Shown here: piece after piece, positions 63,701 to 64,000 of the stretch
Numbering within the stretch: position 1 is the stretch's first letter
Layout: each line of letters begins with the position of its first letter
Origin: Schizochytrium sp. TIO01
Lineage: Eukaryota > Protista > Bigyra: Labyrinthulomycetes
NCBI GenBank assembly: GCA_004764695.1
Contig: SMSO01000031.1
Coordinates: forward strand, 5,686,761 to 5,750,760
DNA length: 64,000 bases
Reading direction: 5' to 3'
Notes under the pieces: model-generated
The model's input: only the letters and a program-made list of their open reading frames with translations
What the model was told of the DNA's origin: nothing
Databases searched by the model: none
Translations under genes and position numbers: made by a program

Positions 63701-63999
63701 GCACTGTCTTCTGTGAAGGTAAGGTCTGCGCTCATTGTAAGACTCGTGACCCCCGTAACAGTACCCTCGTTTACACTGACACCATCTAGAACAAGATCAC
63801 CGTTTGAACTAAGAACGAATGCTGAGTTATCTGTGTGCGATATTTCTTGGGATCCAGTACCTGAAAGTATGATGTTTCCACCACTATTCGTAAGGTCGCC
63901 CTCCATAGTGATGCTTATCGCACCGCTGACAGCTCCATTGTTGATCGTGACATCATCAAGAATGAGGTCCCCACCGGAGGTTACTTCTAAAGTACTAGA
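36491..63999 (-). CDS. Giant repetitive beta-fibre-like protein, at least 9,169 aa, 5'-partial, one frameshift at ~42631, C-terminal phage tail-needle-like cap
   Basis: The frame is open from 63999 (SSTLEVTSGGDLILDDVT... upstream of the ORF-track ATG at 63906) to 42631, 7,123 codons. Restoring one base (GAC GG[N] ATT ACA) continues a perfect module (DGITVDDGALSGITS...) in frame with ORF 36491..42439, adding 2,046 codons. The same module consensus runs throughout, and no introns are visible. Confidence 0.9.
37239..38044. repeat. Near-identical ~218-bp direct repeat pair (37239..37456 and 37827..38044), offset 588 bp = four 49-aa modules
   Basis: Anchors CCTTCGGCAATCAG and GTCAACTCAGTACTCATGCCAAGAG recur at a 588-bp offset. 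Confidence 0.85.
39642..42526. repeat. Intragenic tandem array, 1128-bp unit (376 aa, 7 modules), ~2.6 copies, near-identical
   Basis: CTACTGATCGTCAGAGATG occurs at 39642, 40770 and 41898. Antisense shadow ORFs 40467 and 41595 differ by one residue. Confidence 0.95.
42889..45795. repeat. Intragenic tandem array, 1131-bp unit (377 aa, 7 modules), ~2.6 copies, near-identical
   Basis: TGATTGTAGTAGAATATCGCCC occurs at 42889, 44020 and 45151. Matching shadow ORFs start at 43376, 44507 and 45638. Confidence 0.95.
54093..56310. repeat. 2.2-kb intragenic segmental duplicate, copy A (partner 61317..63534, offset 7224 bp)
   Basis: Identical shadow ORFs at 54638/61862, 54941/62165 and 55690/62914. Boundaries located by eye. 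Confidence 0.92.
57846..59091. repeat. Partial third copy (1.25 kb) of the same block (matches 54057..55302, offset 3789 bp)
   Basis: Shadow ORF 58427 is identical to 54638 and 61862. Anchor CAATGCCTGTAAGATCTCC occurs at 54057 and 57846. Confidence 0.9.
61317..63534. repeat. 2.2-kb intragenic segmental duplicate, copy B
   Basis: Matches 54093..56310 with only scattered substitutions. Confidence 0.92.
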
Positions 64000-64000
64000 G

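Noticed and set aside
36491-63906. Two separate genes of 1982 aa and 7123 aa
   Set aside because: One added base at ~42631 joins them through a perfect module. The ATGs at 42439 and 63906 are ordinary internal module methionines.
36730-63999. Mucin-like disordered protein or ice-nucleation protein
   Set aside because: Near absence of Pro and strict alternation of aliphatic residues indicate ordered beta structure. The 16-aa AGYGSTxTA-type ice-nucleation repeat is absent.
36491-64000. Bacterial autotransporter, RTX adhesin or filamentous haemagglutinin contaminant, or a prophage
   Set aside because: No beta-barrel translocator, GGxGxD nonapeptides or YadA-type anchor. No other phage or bacterial genes and no integrase in the window. 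The neighbours are eukaryotic. A chimeric join cannot be excluded without reads.

Overview
Eukaryotic, intron-poor genomic DNA. The gene content and microsatellite-rich intergenic DNA suggest a stramenopile such as a thraustochytrid/labyrinthulomycete (inference, not proven). The left 36 kb holds mostly ordinary nuclear genes: a two-exon Enhancer-of-polycomb-like gene (EPL1), tubulin-folding cofactor D (TBCD), a degenerate-cupredoxin protein, a ~10.6-kb gene-poor stretch, a 2OG-Fe(II) dioxygenase-like protein, a four-repeat + SAM protein, a PH-TM-EDR2_C protein and glyoxalase II. The right 27.5 kb is the 3' part of one giant minus-strand gene with no visible introns. It encodes at least 9,169 aa, stays open past the window edge, and is split into two ORFs by a single missing base at ~42631. 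The protein is built of roughly 170 Ser/Gly/Thr-rich beta-strand modules (49-67 aa), nearly all with one conserved His, arranged in a 7-module super-repeat near the C-terminus. It ends in an ~80-aa cap that closely resembles the C-terminal tip of the phage P22 tail needle gp26 (gp26 sequence recalled from memory). The best candidate for a novel system is therefore a eukaryotic, sub-micron, probably homotrimeric beta-helical fibre or needle with a phage-like tip.
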